From Geosiphon pyriformis uo1 (lineage: Eukaryota; Fungi; Glomeromycota), in contig JAAOMT010000633.1 in the NCBI GenBank assembly GCA_016748015.1, positions 28,196-92,195 of the forward strand: a DNA stretch of 64,000 nucleotides, in the 5' to 3' direction. The notes beneath the pieces are model-generated. The model had not been told where the DNA came from. It searched no databases and saw only the letters and a program-made list of their open reading frames with translations. The position numbers were made by a program, and so were the translations under genes. Positions 63,783 through 64,000 of this stretch are shown here, piece by piece; positions within the stretch are counted from its first letter, which is position 1, and every line of letters begins with the position of its first letter.

Positions 63783-64000
63783 GGTAATCAAAGGTAAATC
63801 CTCAAAATTAGATTCTTCAAGTTGAATTATTTTAATGTTTATCTTTAATATGTAAATTAAATGAAAAAAGCAAAAAATATATATATTGTATATATCTTAA
63901 TTGATAAAATTAATTTTGAGAAAAAAATGAAATAGAACTTTTCATTTTTACCCTGAAAATTAGTTTAGTTTGATTTAATTTAGGCTCTGGCGAAGGGGTT

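Overview
This window is eukaryotic, AT-rich DNA, most likely fungal heterochromatin. The element proteins resemble those of Glomeromycotina/Mucoromycota such as Geosiphon, but that is recall and not a search result. Positions 1-61711 are one nested stack of seven decayed Ty3/Gypsy LTR retrotransposons from three families: A/B/D/E, C/Z and F. Matching LTRs (TGTTAC...GTAACA), 4-bp target-site duplications (TSDs) and host reading frames that rejoin across each insertion give the insertion order D <- Z <- A <- B <- C (five levels) and D <- E <- F. The elements share an unusual three-ORF layout (Z is seen only up to its dUTPase region). ORF1 is a single-frame polyprotein: Gag, zinc knuckle, protease, an unexplained Cys-rich domain, dUTPase, a possible degenerate second dUTPase, RT and RNase H, ending at a conserved stop. 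ORF2 is a separate integrase with its own ATG and no chromodomain. ORF3 is a conserved ~220-aa non-Env protein of unknown function that abuts the polypurine tract (PPT). The LTRs carry family-specific U3 tandem repeats and conserved hairpins, including a U5 stem that pairs with the primer-binding site (PBS). Decay is almost entirely C>T/G>A. No intact host gene was found, and 61712-64000 is AT-rich sequence with an N gap.
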